From Actinomycetota bacterium (lineage in GTDB: Bacteria; Actinomycetota; Acidimicrobiia; Acidimicrobiales; Ilumatobacteraceae), in the NCBI GenBank assembly GCA_046052275.1, contig JBJOMQ010000005.1, positions 1 to 55,761 on the forward strand: a stretch of 55,761 nt of DNA, written 5' to 3'. The first letter of the stretch is position 1. Each line of letters opens with the position of its first letter. This document shows, one piece after another, positions 16,665 to 26,937 of the stretch. The translations under genes were made by a program, and so were the position numbers. The notes below the pieces were generated by a model. It searched no databases. It was not told the DNA's origin and worked only from the letters and a program-made list of their open reading frames with translations.

Positions 16665-17927
16665 TCAGGCGCGACGCGGCAGCCGGCTCGAGATCACGCC
16701 ATCGGCCTCGAGACGGTCGAGGGCTGCATCATCGAGGCCGAGCAACCGCGAGAACACCGTGCGATTGTCCTCTCCCCGATATCGGGGCTCGCCGCGCACG
16801 CCGACATCGCTGCCATCGAATCGCCACGGTGAGTTGGGCAGCCGAATAGTGCCGCCGCCCCTATCGCTGACGCGCACCGTCGCCTCTCGTTCGAAGCCCC
16901 ACTCCGAATCGCACACCTCGCGCACCGACCTCAGCCGTCCGACAGCGAGGCGGTGCGGCGCCATTGCGTCTTCGATCGACTGTGCATCGGGCATCGTGCG
17001 TGCCCACGCCGCGATGGTCGCCTGGATCTCGTCGAGATGTTCGAGTCGGCGTGCCGTGTCGGCATATCGATCGACGCCGATGAGGTCGTCGCGGCCGATC
17101 GATCGCATGTAGAAGTCGAACGTCAGGTTCTCGGCCGGATGCCCGCTGACCACCACCGACTCGCCGTTCGCAGCGGTGAGCACCGGGTAGTCCATCGGCC
17201 GGAAGCTGCGGATCTGACCCGGTGCCACGTCACCCTCCCACAGGGCGTCGTGAGCATGTTCGTTGACGTAGAGCATCGTCTGCGCCATCGAGACGTCGAT
17301 GCGGTCGCCGAGTGCCGTGTGCTCACGCTGGTAGAGCGCGGCGATCACCGCAATGGCGCATTCCATTGCGGTGTACACGTCGGCATGGCTGTGCGGATCG
17401 TTTGCGTACTGGCCGTCGCGGGCGTCGCCCTGTGACTTAGTGAAACCCGACTCTGCGCCGACCACAGGTGCATAGGCGCGTCGATGTACCCATGGGCCGG
17501 TCTGGCCATACCCGCTCACACTGGCGACTATGAGACGTGGGTTTCGCGCCCGCAGTACGTCGGAGCCGAGACCGAGGCGGTGCATGACCCCCGGCCGATA
17601 GTTCTCGACGAGAACATCGGCGTGGTCGACGAGGCCGAGCAGCAGGTCGCGGCCCGCATCGGTCTCGAGGTCGATGCTCACGCACTCCTTGCCCGTGTTC
17701 GCCTGGGCGAAGTAGGTGGCCACGCTGTTCGGACGGGGAACCGTGGTGCGAGTGATGTCGCCGTCGGGAGGCTCGATCTTGATGACCTCGGCGCCGAGGT
17801 CGCACAGGATCCGGGTGGCGTGAGGTCCGGCGAGGACGCGGGTGAGGTCGAGCACGCGCACGCCCGACAGCGGTCGGGGCGGCGTCGCGCTCACGGTCGA
17901 ACGGTAGCCGCGCGGTTGCTGTCGCAT
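16665..17927 (-). CDS. Family III CoA-transferase (CaiB/BaiF-like)
   Basis: GVRVLDLTRVLAGPHATRILCDLGAEVIKIEPPDGD. ATG 17927 is chosen; the upstream 35 codons are Arg/Ser-rich junk. Confidence 0.88.
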   Translation of the reverse strand: MRQQPRGYRSTVSATPPRPLSGVRVLDLTRVLAGPHATRILCDLGAEVIKIEPPDGDITRTTVPRPNSVATYFAQANTGKECVSIDLETDAGRDLLLGLVDHADVLVENYRPGVMHRLGLGSDVLRARNPRLIVASVSGYGQTGPWVHRRAYAPVVGAESGFTKSQGDARDGQYANDPHSHADVYTAMECAIAVIAALYQREHTALGDRIDVSMAQTMLYVNEHAHDALWEGDVAPGQIRSFRPMDYPVLTAANGESVVVSGHPAENLTFDFYMRSIGRDDLIGVDRYADTARRLEHLDEIQATIAAWARTMPDAQSIEDAMAPHRLAVGRLRSVREVCDSEWGFEREATVRVSDRGGGTIRLPNSPWRFDGSDVGVRGEPRYRGEDNRTVFSRLLGLDDAALDRLEADGVISSRLPRRA

Positions 17928-17949
17928 CACGCCGACGTACGCTCGAGGC

Positions 17950-20900
17950 GTGCACGATGAGTCGGCGCTGCTCGAGCGGCGTCTGCGGCGCGAGCTGCTC
18001 GAGCGACTGATGCCGGCGATGTACCGCGCCACCGTGCCGCTGCAGGTGACGGCGTGGGAGGCACCGGGCGAACCGGTCGACTATCCGACAGCGGTGGCAG
18101 CCCTCGAGCGCGAGGGAGCCGTCTTCTCGGTTGGGTCGCAGTACGGCAGGCCGTGGGGAACAACGTGGTTCCGCCTCGAGGGCGATGTGCCGGCGTCATG
18201 GCCTGCGGTCGGGATGGACGGAACCAGCATCGAGGTGATTGTCGACCTCGGATTCCATCCCGACTCGGCAGGATTCCAGAGCGAGGGCCTCGCATGGCAC
18301 CGGGGGCTGCCGCTGCAGGGCATCCACCCGCGACGTACCGCAGTGCCACTCCCACGGTCGTCCTCGAGCCGGGTCGACCTGATGGTGGAGGCTGCGTCGA
18401 ACCCAGCCTTTCCGATGCGTGGCACGCCGTCGCCGTACGGGTCGCTGCACACCGCCGGTGACAGGCCGTTGTATCGCCTTCGGCAGGCCGATCTTGGTTG
18501 GCGGGACGACGATGTGTTCCACCTGCTGCTCGATGTCGAAGTGCTCCTCGAGCTGATGTCGTCGCTCGACCTGGCATCGCCACGGCGTCAACGGCTGCTC
18601 CGCGAGCTCTGTGACGCGTTCGACGCCATCGACATGTCGTCGCGCTCGTCGATCTCATCGAGCGCCGCCCGTGCCCGTGCGCTGCTGAGTCCGGCCATGG
18701 AGCGTCGTAATGGCGACAGCGCCCACCGTGTGGTGGCGGTCGGTCATGCGCACATCGATTCGGCGTGGCTGTGGCCAGTGCGCGAGACCGTGCGGAAGTG
18801 CGCACGGACCTTCGCCTCGGCGGTGCGGATGATCGACGAGTATCCGGAGTTCCGCTTCGTCTGCTCGCAGGCGGTGCAGTACCACTGGATGGCGACGCGA
18901 TATCCCGAACTGTTCGAGCAGATTCGGCAGCGGGTTGCGTCTGGAGGATGGCAACCGGTGGGCGGCATGTGGGTCGAAGCCGACATGAACCTGCCGAGCG
19001 GCGAGAGCATCGTGCGCCAGCTGGTGCACGGGCAGCGGTGGTTCGAGTCGAATCTCGGCAGCCGCTGCACTGAGGTCTGGATTCCCGACGTCTTCGGCTA
19101 TCCGGCATCGCTTCCGCAGATCTTCCGTGCTGGCGGCGCCGCCCGGTTCGTCACGCAGAAGCTCAGCTGGAACAAGCAGAATCGGTTCCCGCACCACACC
19201 TTCTGGTGGGTCGGCCTCGACGGGTCGCGGGTGCTCACCCACTTCCCGCCGGTCGACACGTACAACGCCACGATGATTGGCAGCGAGCTGGTGCACAGCG
19301 AGCGCAACTTCCGCGAGCACGGATGGAGCGACTGGTCGCTGATGCCGTTCGGCCACGGCAACGGCGGCGGCGGCACGACTCGCGAGATGATCGAGCGTGC
19401 ACGCCGGAGCACCGATCTCGAGGGTCTGCCACGCGTGTCGATGGGGACCACGAACGACTTCTTCGATCATGTCGAGGCCGAGGCGGCGGCTGGTGCCCCG
19501 GTGCCGGTGTGGGACGGTGAGCTGTACTTCGAGATGCATCGAGGAACGCTCACCAGCCAGGCGATGACGAAGATGGGGAATCGCAGGTGCGAGCGACTGC
19601 TGCGCGAGGCCGAACTGTGGTGGGCCACCGCAGCCCGGGCCGGCGCAGTGACCGCCGACGAAGAGCGGGCGGTGGCAGCAGAGATGGATGGACTGTGGAA
19701 GGACGTCCTGTTGCAGCAGTTCCACGACATCCTTCCGGGCTCGTCGATCACCTGGGTGCACGACGATGCGGAGGCCGAGCACGACCGAATCACTGCCCGT
19801 CTCGAGGAACTTGTCGACGAGCCACTGCGACGACTGTCGGTGGGTCAGGCTGTCGCCAATGCCAGCGCGTACGCGCGCTGTGAAGTCGTCGACCTACCGC
19901 CGACGACGGCTGCGGATGTCGGCGGAGTCGCTCAGACGCTGCACGACGGCTCCCGGGCGGTGATGGTCGAGATCGGAGCACTGTCGGTGGCGCCCGTGAC
20001 GGCGGCGATGGTCGACGCCTCCGGGGTTGCCGACCGCGTCACGTCGACAGAGCACTCGCTGGCCAACTCGTCGGTCGCCGTCCACTGGTCGCTCGACGGC
20101 ACCATCACCTCGATCATCGACGTCCGCGCTGGTCGCGAGCTGCTGCCTGCGCACCGGGGCATCGGCCTATGGCTGGCACCCGACCACCCGGTCGAGTACG
20201 ACGCCTGGGATCTCGAGTCATGGACCCGCGGCCTCGGCCGGCCGGTGGCGCGTGAGTGGGGCCTCGCAATGGGCCCCACCGGTCCCGTCGAGTCGGTGGG
20301 CACACTCGAGGCCGTCGAACTGATCGATGCCGGTCCGCTGGTCGGCACGCTGCGCATCGTCCGCTCGTTCGGTGCCTCGACTGTCGAGCAGCGAGTCACT
20401 CTTCGCGCAGGTTCCGCCCGGGTCGACATGGCGTTCGACATCGACTGGCACGAGGACGAGTATCTGCTCACGCTTGACGTCCCGCTCGACGTGCGAGCTC
20501 GAGAGGCAGCGTGCGGCATCCAGTTCGGACACGTCATGCGCCCGATGCACGCCAGTACGTCGTGGGATGCAGCGAAGTTCGAGGTGTGCGCGCATCGCTG
20601 GGTTGACGTGGCGGAGCGCGACTGGGGTGTGGCAGTGCTCGACAGCGGCCGCTACGGGCATGGACTCATGGACGGTGGCGTGACGGTAAGCCTTCAGCGC
20701 GCCGCGAAGTATCCGGATCCGACACAGGACCACGGCCGTCACGCCGTAACAGTGGCGGTGCTACCGCATGGGGCCGGCCTCGCCGACGTGGTGCGCGAGG
20801 CCGATGCGCTGAATGTGCCGTTGCGTCACGCCGTCGGCACCGCTGCGACACCATGTCATCCCGTCGTCGACATACGACACGCTGCCGAGCATGCGCTCGA

Positions 20901-21138
20901 TGTCAGTGCGGTGAAGCTCGCCGACGACGGCACCGGCGATGTGATCGTCCGCCTTGCCGAGGTGTGCGGCGCTCGTACGCCCGTCACAGTCGGACTCGAC
21001 CGCAAGATCACGGCTGCGTCACGGTGCAACGCACTCGAGGAACCTGAGCAATCGTTCGATGTGGCCGACGGCATTGTCGACCTGACGCTGAAACCCTTCG
21101 AACTGGTGACCCTCCGACTGGGTGACGGCACCTCGTGA
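17950..21138 (+). CDS. GH38-family alpha-mannosidase
   Basis: VGHAHIDSAWLWPVRET catalytic N-terminal motif, size of about 1060 aa, and QFHDILPGSSI in the central domain. Confidence 0.88.
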   Translation: MHDESALLERRLRRELLERLMPAMYRATVPLQVTAWEAPGEPVDYPTAVAALEREGAVFSVGSQYGRPWGTTWFRLEGDVPASWPAVGMDGTSIEVIVDLGFHPDSAGFQSEGLAWHRGLPLQGIHPRRTAVPLPRSSSSRVDLMVEAASNPAFPMRGTPSPYGSLHTAGDRPLYRLRQADLGWRDDDVFHLLLDVEVLLELMSSLDLASPRRQRLLRELCDAFDAIDMSSRSSISSSAARARALLSPAMERRNGDSAHRVVAVGHAHIDSAWLWPVRETVRKCARTFASAVRMIDEYPEFRFVCSQAVQYHWMATRYPELFEQIRQRVASGGWQPVGGMWVEADMNLPSGESIVRQLVHGQRWFESNLGSRCTEVWIPDVFGYPASLPQIFRAGGAARFVTQKLSWNKQNRFPHHTFWWVGLDGSRVLTHFPPVDTYNATMIGSELVHSERNFREHGWSDWSLMPFGHGNGGGGTTREMIERARRSTDLEGLPRVSMGTTNDFFDHVEAEAAAGAPVPVWDGELYFEMHRGTLTSQAMTKMGNRRCERLLREAELWWATAARAGAVTADEERAVAAEMDGLWKDVLLQQFHDILPGSSITWVHDDAEAEHDRITARLEELVDEPLRRLSVGQAVANASAYARCEVVDLPPTTAADVGGVAQTLHDGSRAVMVEIGALSVAPVTAAMVDASGVADRVTSTEHSLANSSVAVHWSLDGTITSIIDVRAGRELLPAHRGIGLWLAPDHPVEYDAWDLESWTRGLGRPVAREWGLAMGPTGPVESVGTLEAVELIDAGPLVGTLRIVRSFGASTVEQRVTLRAGSARVDMAFDIDWHEDEYLLTLDVPLDVRAREAACGIQFGHVMRPMHASTSWDAAKFEVCAHRWVDVAERDWGVAVLDSGRYGHGLMDGGVTVSLQRAAKYPDPTQDHGRHAVTVAVLPHGAGLADVVREADALNVPLRHAVGTAATPCHPVVDIRHAAEHALDVSAVKLADDGTGDVIVRLAEVCGARTPVTVGLDRKITAASRCNALEEPEQSFDVADGIVDLTLKPFELVTLRLGDGTS

Positions 21139-21179
21139 GCCGCTGACGCCGTCGACCCAGGCAGCTGCTGGGCAACCGC

Positions 21180-22394
21180 TCAGCGGGCGAGGTGCGACAG
21201 TGCGAGCGCTCCGTACATCGCGATTCCGTTCACCATCGCCTGCTCGTCGAAGGTGACGCGGTTCGAGTGGTTCGGCGGAGCGGTGAGCGGGTTGCGGTCG
21301 TGGGGAGTCCCGCCCAAGAACAGCATGGCGCCGGGGATGCGGTCGAGCACGTAGCTGAAGTCCTCGGCGCCCATGATGGGATGGGGCATCCGCACCGTCG
21401 AGTCGGCACCGACGATCTCGCCGGCGACGCCGAGCGCGAAGTCAGCCGCATCGCCGCTGTTCACGGTGACCGGATAGCCGTCGTCGTAGTGCACCTCGAC
21501 AGTGGCGCCGTGCGCTGCGGCGATGCCCTCGGCGACGCGCTGGATGCCGTCCTTCACCCGCAGTCGGGTGCGCTCGCTGACTGCCCGAACCGTGCCGAGG
21601 ATCTCGGCGGACTCGGGGATCACGTTGGTGGTGGTGCCGGCTGTGATCCGCGCCACGGTGACCACGGCCGGATCGAACACGTCGATCTGCCGCGTGACCA
21701 TCATCTGCAGCGCCTGCACGATCTCGCACGCCACCGGGATGGGATCCAGGGCGTGGTGCGGCTGGCTGGCGTGGCCGCCACGACCGGTGACCGTGATGGC
21801 GATGCTGTCGGACGACGCCATGATCGAACTGCCCTTCGTCGCAATGAAGCCGCTGGGCATGTTGGTGGTGATGTGCAGCGCATAGGCACCGGTGATGGGC
21901 GAACTGCTTCCATCCGGTCGGTCCGGGAGGTCGAGCAGGCCCTCGTCGAGCATGAACCGTGCGCCCGCGTAGCCCTCTTCGCCGGGCTGGAACATGAAGA
22001 GCACCCGACCCGGAATCTCGGCGCGGCGTGCACTCAGGAGTCGGGCAGCAGCGACCAGCATTGCTGTGTGGGTGTCGTGGCCGCAGGCATGCATCGAGCC
22101 TTCCGTCGCGCTGGCGAACTCGAGGTCGGTGTCCTCATGCAGTGGCAGGGCATCCATGTCGCCGCGAAGCAGCACCGTCGGTCCCGGGCGTCCGCCGTCG
22201 AGGATGGCGGCAATGCCGCTGGTGGTGGTGTGCTGGCTGATCTGCAGCGGCAGGCCCTCGAGCGCGCTCAGCACGTTCTCCTTGGTGATGGGCAGGTCGT
22301 TGCCGATCTCGGGCCAGCGGTGGAGCGTGCGCCGGAGGGCGATGGTGTCGTCGAGGAGGTCGCGGGCCTCATCGCGCAGCGTGGAGAGTTCCAT
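21180..22394 (-). CDS. M20D-family amidohydrolase (N-acyl-amino-acid / hippurate hydrolase-like)
   Basis: MHACGHDTHTAML and FMFQPGEEG metal-binding motifs. ATG 22394 gives MELSTLRDEAR; the upstream 46 codons are Arg-rich. Confidence 0.85.
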   Translation of the reverse strand: MELSTLRDEARDLLDDTIALRRTLHRWPEIGNDLPITKENVLSALEGLPLQISQHTTTSGIAAILDGGRPGPTVLLRGDMDALPLHEDTDLEFASATEGSMHACGHDTHTAMLVAAARLLSARRAEIPGRVLFMFQPGEEGYAGARFMLDEGLLDLPDRPDGSSSPITGAYALHITTNMPSGFIATKGSSIMASSDSIAITVTGRGGHASQPHHALDPIPVACEIVQALQMMVTRQIDVFDPAVVTVARITAGTTTNVIPESAEILGTVRAVSERTRLRVKDGIQRVAEGIAAAHGATVEVHYDDGYPVTVNSGDAADFALGVAGEIVGADSTVRMPHPIMGAEDFSYVLDRIPGAMLFLGGTPHDRNPLTAPPNHSNRVTFDEQAMVNGIAMYGALALSHLAR

Positions 22395-22444
22395 GCGCAG
22401 ATGGTAGTCATGGCTGCCGTGGCACGAACACGGCTCTCGGACGC

Positions 22445-22993
22445 GTGGTGATGCGCATGCCACCGGGCGGTGAGGCTCCGATCGAACTCGTCGATGTGGT
22501 CGACGCCGACGATCGCGTCGTCGGTGTGGCACCCCGACATGAGATGAGGGCAGACCGCCTGCGTCACCGAGCGGTGTTCATCGCCGTGCTGTCGACGCCA
22601 TCGGCTGCAGGACTCAGCCGAATCCTGCTGCACCGCAGGGCAGCCAACAAGGACATCTGGCCCGATCGCTGGGACATTGCGGTCGGCGGGGTGGTGGGAT
22701 CAGGCGAGGGATACGACGGTGCTGCTGCGAGAGAATTGGCCGAGGAACTCGGTGTCGCGTCCGGTCACCTCGTCGAACTCGGCGGCGGATCGTATGCCGA
22801 CGCAGATGTCGATCTCATCGGTCGGTGCTACTCGATCGTCCACGATGGCCCGTTCTCGTTCGACGATGGCGAGGTCGTCGAGTCGACGTGGGCCGACAGG
22901 GCCGCCCTGGACGCCATGCGCCAATCGGGTACCGCCTTCGTCCCCGACTCGGTCGCGCTCGTGCTGCCGTTGATCGAGCATCTCCTCGCGTGA
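22445..22993 (+). CDS. NUDIX hydrolase
   Basis: Nudix box GGVVGSGEGYDGAAARELAEELGV. Confidence 0.8.
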   Translation: MVMRMPPGGEAPIELVDVVDADDRVVGVAPRHEMRADRLRHRAVFIAVLSTPSAAGLSRILLHRRAANKDIWPDRWDIAVGGVVGSGEGYDGAAARELAEELGVASGHLVELGGGSYADADVDLIGRCYSIVHDGPFSFDDGEVVESTWADRAALDAMRQSGTAFVPDSVALVLPLIEHLLA

Positions 22994-23139
22994 CGCCACA
23001 CCGACGGTGACCCGAGCGACGCTCGCGGTTCTGTTCCGGTCGACGTCGCAGTCGCAGATGTTGCCGCGCCGCCATTGACGATGTGCCCAGCACGCCATCG
23101 GCAGGGTGCCGGCATTCGGCGACAGACGAAGGAGAGGCC

Positions 23140-23409
23140 ATGGCAATCATCGGCGCAGACCCAGACCAGCTAGCGGCCCTCGGCCGAACGATGCGCGAGC
23201 AGATCTCATCGATCGATGGCGTGACGTCGGCTGTCTCTGCCAGCCTGGCGGGCACATCGTGGACCGGTCCGGCGCGTGAGCAGTTCGAGCGCGAGTGGAA
23301 CGAGGTCTTTCGTGTGGCTCTCACGAGGCTCGTGCAGGCCTTCGATGCCGCCGGGGCCGACTGCATGGCGCGCAGCGATGAGCTCCTCAGGGTGATGGGC
23401 GCTCGCTGA
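23140..23409 (+). CDS. WXG100-family (ESAT-6-like) small protein
   Basis: 89 aa, predicted helix-turn-helix hairpin with a central W-x-G (TSWTGPAREQF). A GAAGGAGAGG RBS lies directly upstream of ATG 23140. Confidence 0.65.
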   Translation: MAIIGADPDQLAALGRTMREQISSIDGVTSAVSASLAGTSWTGPAREQFEREWNEVFRVALTRLVQAFDAAGADCMARSDELLRVMGAR

Positions 23410-23459
23410 CTAGTCCACGCTCATCGGCCTGACGGCGCACGGATGGATGCAACGAGGGG

Positions 23460-23723
23460 ATGGCTACGATCGGCGCAGTGCTGATCGTCGAGTTCACCAT
23501 CGAGCCGTTCGTCGAAGGCCAGCCCGGCCGTCATGTCCGCGCCGCCGTCGAGGCGGCCGAGTCGCTCGGGGTCAGTGTCGACTTCGGCCCGTTCGGCACC
23601 ACGTGCACGGTTGCCACCGAGATGGTGGGTGCCGTGACCGCCGCAGTCGTCGGCGCAGCGATGGCCAACGGTGCGACGCATGTCAGTCTTCACGTCGCCC
23701 GGATCGACGGAGACGGCTCGTGA
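23460..23723 (+). CDS. MTH1187/YkoF-like (UPF0045, thiamine-binding-like) small protein
   Basis: Family pattern EFTIEPF...V..AVEAAESLGVSVDFGPFGTT...THVSLHVARID over 87 aa. Confidence 0.6.
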   Translation: MATIGAVLIVEFTIEPFVEGQPGRHVRAAVEAAESLGVSVDFGPFGTTCTVATEMVGAVTAAVVGAAMANGATHVSLHVARIDGDGS

Positions 23724-24085
23724 CCGACGTGCACCGGCACCCGGTGGTCCTGGCGGTGTCGGCGATCGTCGGCCAGCTCGGTGCGACGATCGTGGCTCCC
23801 GACGACCAGGAGCCAGGCGATCTACCCCTGTGCTGGGAGGGAGAGGTGATCGCTGCAGTCCGGCCGGCTCCCCTTCACGGCGTGCTCGCCCGGCTGATCG
23901 AGCAGGGCGAGCGCGACCTGGGTGGAGCATTGCCGTCGCTCTCGAGGGAGGACAAGCAGCGCGCCATCCGACTGCTCGACGAGCGCGGCGCGTTCATCCT
24001 CCGTCGTGCGGTGGAGGATGTTGCCGATGCGATGGGCGTCAGCCGAATCACCGTGTACAACTACCTCAACGCCCTGCACCGCTAG
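23720..24085 (+). CDS. Helix-turn-helix DNA-binding protein (PucR-C-terminal-like HTH)
   Basis: C-terminal VEDVADAMGVSRITVYNYLNAL. GTG 23720 overlaps the stop of the preceding small gene (GTGA). Confidence 0.6.
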   Translation: MTDVHRHPVVLAVSAIVGQLGATIVAPDDQEPGDLPLCWEGEVIAAVRPAPLHGVLARLIEQGERDLGGALPSLSREDKQRAIRLLDERGAFILRRAVEDVADAMGVSRITVYNYLNALHR

Positions 24086-24103
24086 ACCGGTGCTACCTAC
24101 CGG

Positions 24104-25069
24104 CTAGAGGCGGCGCAGGCTCACCGACGACACGCGGTGATCGCGACCCTTCCGCACGAGCAGCCCTGCTCGCTCGCGAGTGGGTTCGATGTTCTCGCGG
24201 AGGTTCCGGCCATTGATCTCGTGCCAGATGTACTTGGCGACGTCGACTGCCTCCTCCCGCGAGAGATGGGCGTAGTGCTGGAAGAAACTGTCGGGATTCT
24301 GGAAGACGGTGTCGCGAAGGGTGAGGAAGCGCTCGACGTACCAGCCCTCGATGTCGGCAACATCGGCGTCGATGTAGATGCTGAAGTCGAAGTAGTCGCT
24401 CACGAACTCGGTGGGCGCCGCATCGCCCATCGACCCGACCTGGAGCACATTGAGCCCTTCGAGGATCAAGATGTCGGGCTGTCGAACGGCGATGTGATCG
24501 CCGTCGACAATGTCGTAGACGACGTGGCTGTACACGGGCGCACGGACTTCGGTGGAGCCGCTCTTCACGTCGCGGAGGAACTGCAGCAGCCGTCGCGTGT
24601 CGTAGCTCTCGGGGAAGCCTTTGCGGTTCATGATGCCGCGCTCCTCGAGCACCCTGTTCGGGTGGAGGAAGCCGTCGGTGGTGACGAGGTCGACCTGGGG
24701 ATGGTCGGGCCAGCGGCCGAGGAGAGCCTGCAGGATTCGCGCGAACGTGCTCTTGCCGACGGCCACGCTGCCGGCGATACCGACGACGAAGGGGACCTTC
24801 GGGGCGAGTGTGCCGAGGAACGCGGCCGATGCCTTGTGGAGTTGCTGCGTTGCTGCCACGTACAGATTCAGCAGGCGGGTGAGCGGCAGGTACACGGCGG
24901 CCACCTCGTCGAGGTCGATGCGCTCGTTGATACCTCGCAGCGAGGTGAGATCGCTCTCGCCAAGTGTGAGGGGCGTCGCTGCGCGTAGCCCTGCCCACTC
25001 GTCGCGGCTGAAGTGCAGGTACCGGTCGACACCCGACGGTGAGGGGTCCGCGCCGGCTGACGTGGTCAC
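24104..25069 (-). CDS. coaA: Type I pantothenate kinase
   Basis: P-loop [24 protein letters not shown] and [12 protein letters not shown] 25069 is chosen (GTG 25078 or TTG 25075 also possible). The remaining 5' part of the 569-aa ORF is non-homologous. Confidence 0.9.
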   Translation of the reverse strand: MTTSAGADPSPSGVDRYLHFSRDEWAGLRAATPLTLGESDLTSLRGINERIDLDEVAAVYLPLTRLLNLYVAATQQLHKASAAFLGTLAPKVPFVVGIAGSVAVGKSTFARILQALLGRWPDHPQVDLVTTDGFLHPNRVLEERGIMNRKGFPESYDTRRLLQFLRDVKSGSTEVRAPVYSHVVYDIVDGDHIAVRQPDILILEGLNVLQVGSMGDAAPTEFVSDYFDFSIYIDADVADIEGWYVERFLTLRDTVFQNPDSFFQHYAHLSREEAVDVAKYIWHEINGRNLRENIEPTRERAGLLVRKGRDHRVSSVSLRRL

Positions 25070-25092
25070 GGGCAACACCCTACGCTGGGGCG

Positions 25093-26276
25093 GTGAGCAG
25101 CCCCCAGCGCGCAGCAGACGCTGCCGAGCGGAAGCGGCTCGGAGCGTGGTACACGCCTCACGTGCTGGTCGACGCAGTCGTCGGCGAAGCGGTCTACCCG
25201 GGGGCGCAGTCGGTACTCTATCCGGCCTGCGGCGATGGCCGCTTCCTCGCCGCTTCTGGACTGCCCGAGCAGGTGGGCGTCGACATCGATCCGACCACTC
25301 CCTTCGATCACGGAGACTCGCTGCAGCGCGACTGGGGCGGCCGCCGCTTCGACGTGGTCGTTGGAAATCCGCCATTCCTCTCGCAGCTTGCGGTGGCGGC
25401 CCGTATGCCGATGCGGCAGCCGAGTTCCTTGCCCTCGCCCTTCGACTGACGCGACCGGGTGGACGGTTCGGGCTCGTCCTGCCACAGTCACTGCTCTCGA
25501 CGCGTGACGCTGCCGACATTCGAGCCGAGGTGCAGGAACGTGCGGCACTGCGCTGGATGTGGTGGTCGCCAACGCAGATGTTCGATGCATCGGTGCGGGT
25601 GTGGGCCGGCGTGTGGGAGGTCGGTGCGCCGCAGGGTGAGGTGCGCCGGTCATTCGGGCCCGAGTTCGAGCCGCTCGAACCGGCCGCGATGCCACTCAAC
25701 GCACTGCATTCGAGCTGGGCGGCGCTTCTCGGCAGTGGTGATGACCGGTCTGGCACCGGGTTTGCAGGAACTGCTGAGCCGTTCGACGGTCCGACGCTCG
25801 GTGACGTCGCCACATTCAGCGCCGATTTCCGCGAGCAGTACTACGGGCTGATCGGTGCGGTCGGTGATGAGGTCGATGGCCCGCCGCTCGTGACGTCCGG
25901 GCTGATCGATCCCGGTCGCTGTCTGTGGGGCGAGCGACCCGCTCGATTCGGGAGACAGTCGTGGGCCGCACCCCGCGTGTCGATCGAGCGGCTGTCGCCG
26001 TCAATGCGACGATGGGCCGAGCGGCGGTGTGTGCCGAAGATCCTGATCGCCAATCAGACGCGTGTCATCGAGGCGGTGCACGACGCAGCCGGCGCCTGGC
26101 TGCCTGCCGTGCCGGTGATCTCGTGCGTCACGAACGACGCAGACCGCGTCCTCGACGTGCTGCAGTCGGCTGTGGCCCTCGAGTGGGTGCATCGACACGC
26201 AGCGGGAAGTGGGCTCGGCGCGGGCACGGTACGCCTCTCGCCCTCGCTGCTGGCATCGATACCGCTCACGCGGTGA
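25093..26276 (+). pseudogene. N6-adenine DNA methyltransferase (Eco57I/TaqI-like gamma class), split by a frameshift near 25390-25410
   Basis: Frame 1 (25093-25449) carries GAWYTP, the AdoMet motif PACGDGRFL and catalytic GNPPF. The continuation ([35 protein letters not shown] plus a TaqI_C-like C-terminus) is in the -1 frame and runs to 26276. Confidence 0.7.
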
Positions 26277-26298
26277 GTCGGTGCTGCCGGCTGTCGCG

Positions 26299-26937
26299 TC
26301 AGGCGGCCGAGCCGAACACGGCCGCAAGGGCCGCCGTGCGCGCGAGCTGATTCCAGGCGTTGCCATCGACCCTCGTGGGTGCCAGTTCGATCCGCACCCG
26401 TGAGTCGAGGTGGGCCATCCACCACGACGCAAGCACTGAGGGGTCGATGTCGGTGCGCACGATGCCCCGGCGCTGCGCCCGCTCCCACGCGGCAGCGGCG
26501 CGTTCGGCGAGCGAGCGGTCGATGTCGACGATGGCGGCGGCGAGGTCGGGTCGGGTGATGCAGCTACCGACGATGTTGGCGCGTACACGGCGGTCGCGGC
26601 CCCGGTCGGCCTCGAATGCAGTGCGCAGCTCGGCGTCGAGCGCAGTGCGCAGCTCGGCGACGGTGGCGGCTCCGTCGATGGCCTCGGCCAGCGCATTGAT
26701 GTCGTGGCCGGTGCAGCGGCGGTAGCGCTCGGCCTGCGCAGCGACGATCAGTCCCTCGCGGCTCCCGAACGCTCGGTAGAGGATGGGCCCGGTGACCCCG
26801 CACGATGCGGCGATGTCGTGGACTCGGATCGCCACCTCGCCGCCGTCCTCGATGACGGCGATCGCCGCTTCGAGGATTCTTCCCGGTGCTTCTGAACGGG
26901 CACGCACTGCGGCTCCTCCCCTGCGTGCCCGACCCAT
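26299..26937 (-). CDS. TetR-family transcriptional regulator
   Basis: N-terminal HTH ILEAAIAVIEDGGEVAIRVHDIAASCGVTGPILYRAFGSREGL. Confidence 0.85.
   Translation of the reverse strand: MGRARRGGAAVRARSEAPGRILEAAIAVIEDGGEVAIRVHDIAASCGVTGPILYRAFGSREGLIVAAQAERYRRCTGHDINALAEAIDGAATVAELRTALDAELRTAFEADRGRDRRVRANIVGSCITRPDLAAAIVDIDRSLAERAAAAWERAQRRGIVRTDIDPSVLASWWMAHLDSRVRIELAPTRVDGNAWNQLARTAALAAVFGSAA

Noticed and set aside
21139-21179. Short palindrome CCCAGGCAGCTGCTGGG between the convergent mannosidase and M20D genes
   Set aside because: The stem is only 5 bp and there is no T-tract. It is not distinguishable from chance in GC-rich DNA.
24621-25090. 5' part of the 551-aa ORF 24621-26276, and the 5' extensions of many ORFs (coaA to 25813, map to 28481, larC from 37196, DegV to 10238, deacetylase from 12459)
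   Set aside because: The extensions overlap well-supported genes on the other strand, are Arg/Pro-rich, and start upstream of the point where family homology begins. Internal starts with an RBS or stop-start overlaps fit better.
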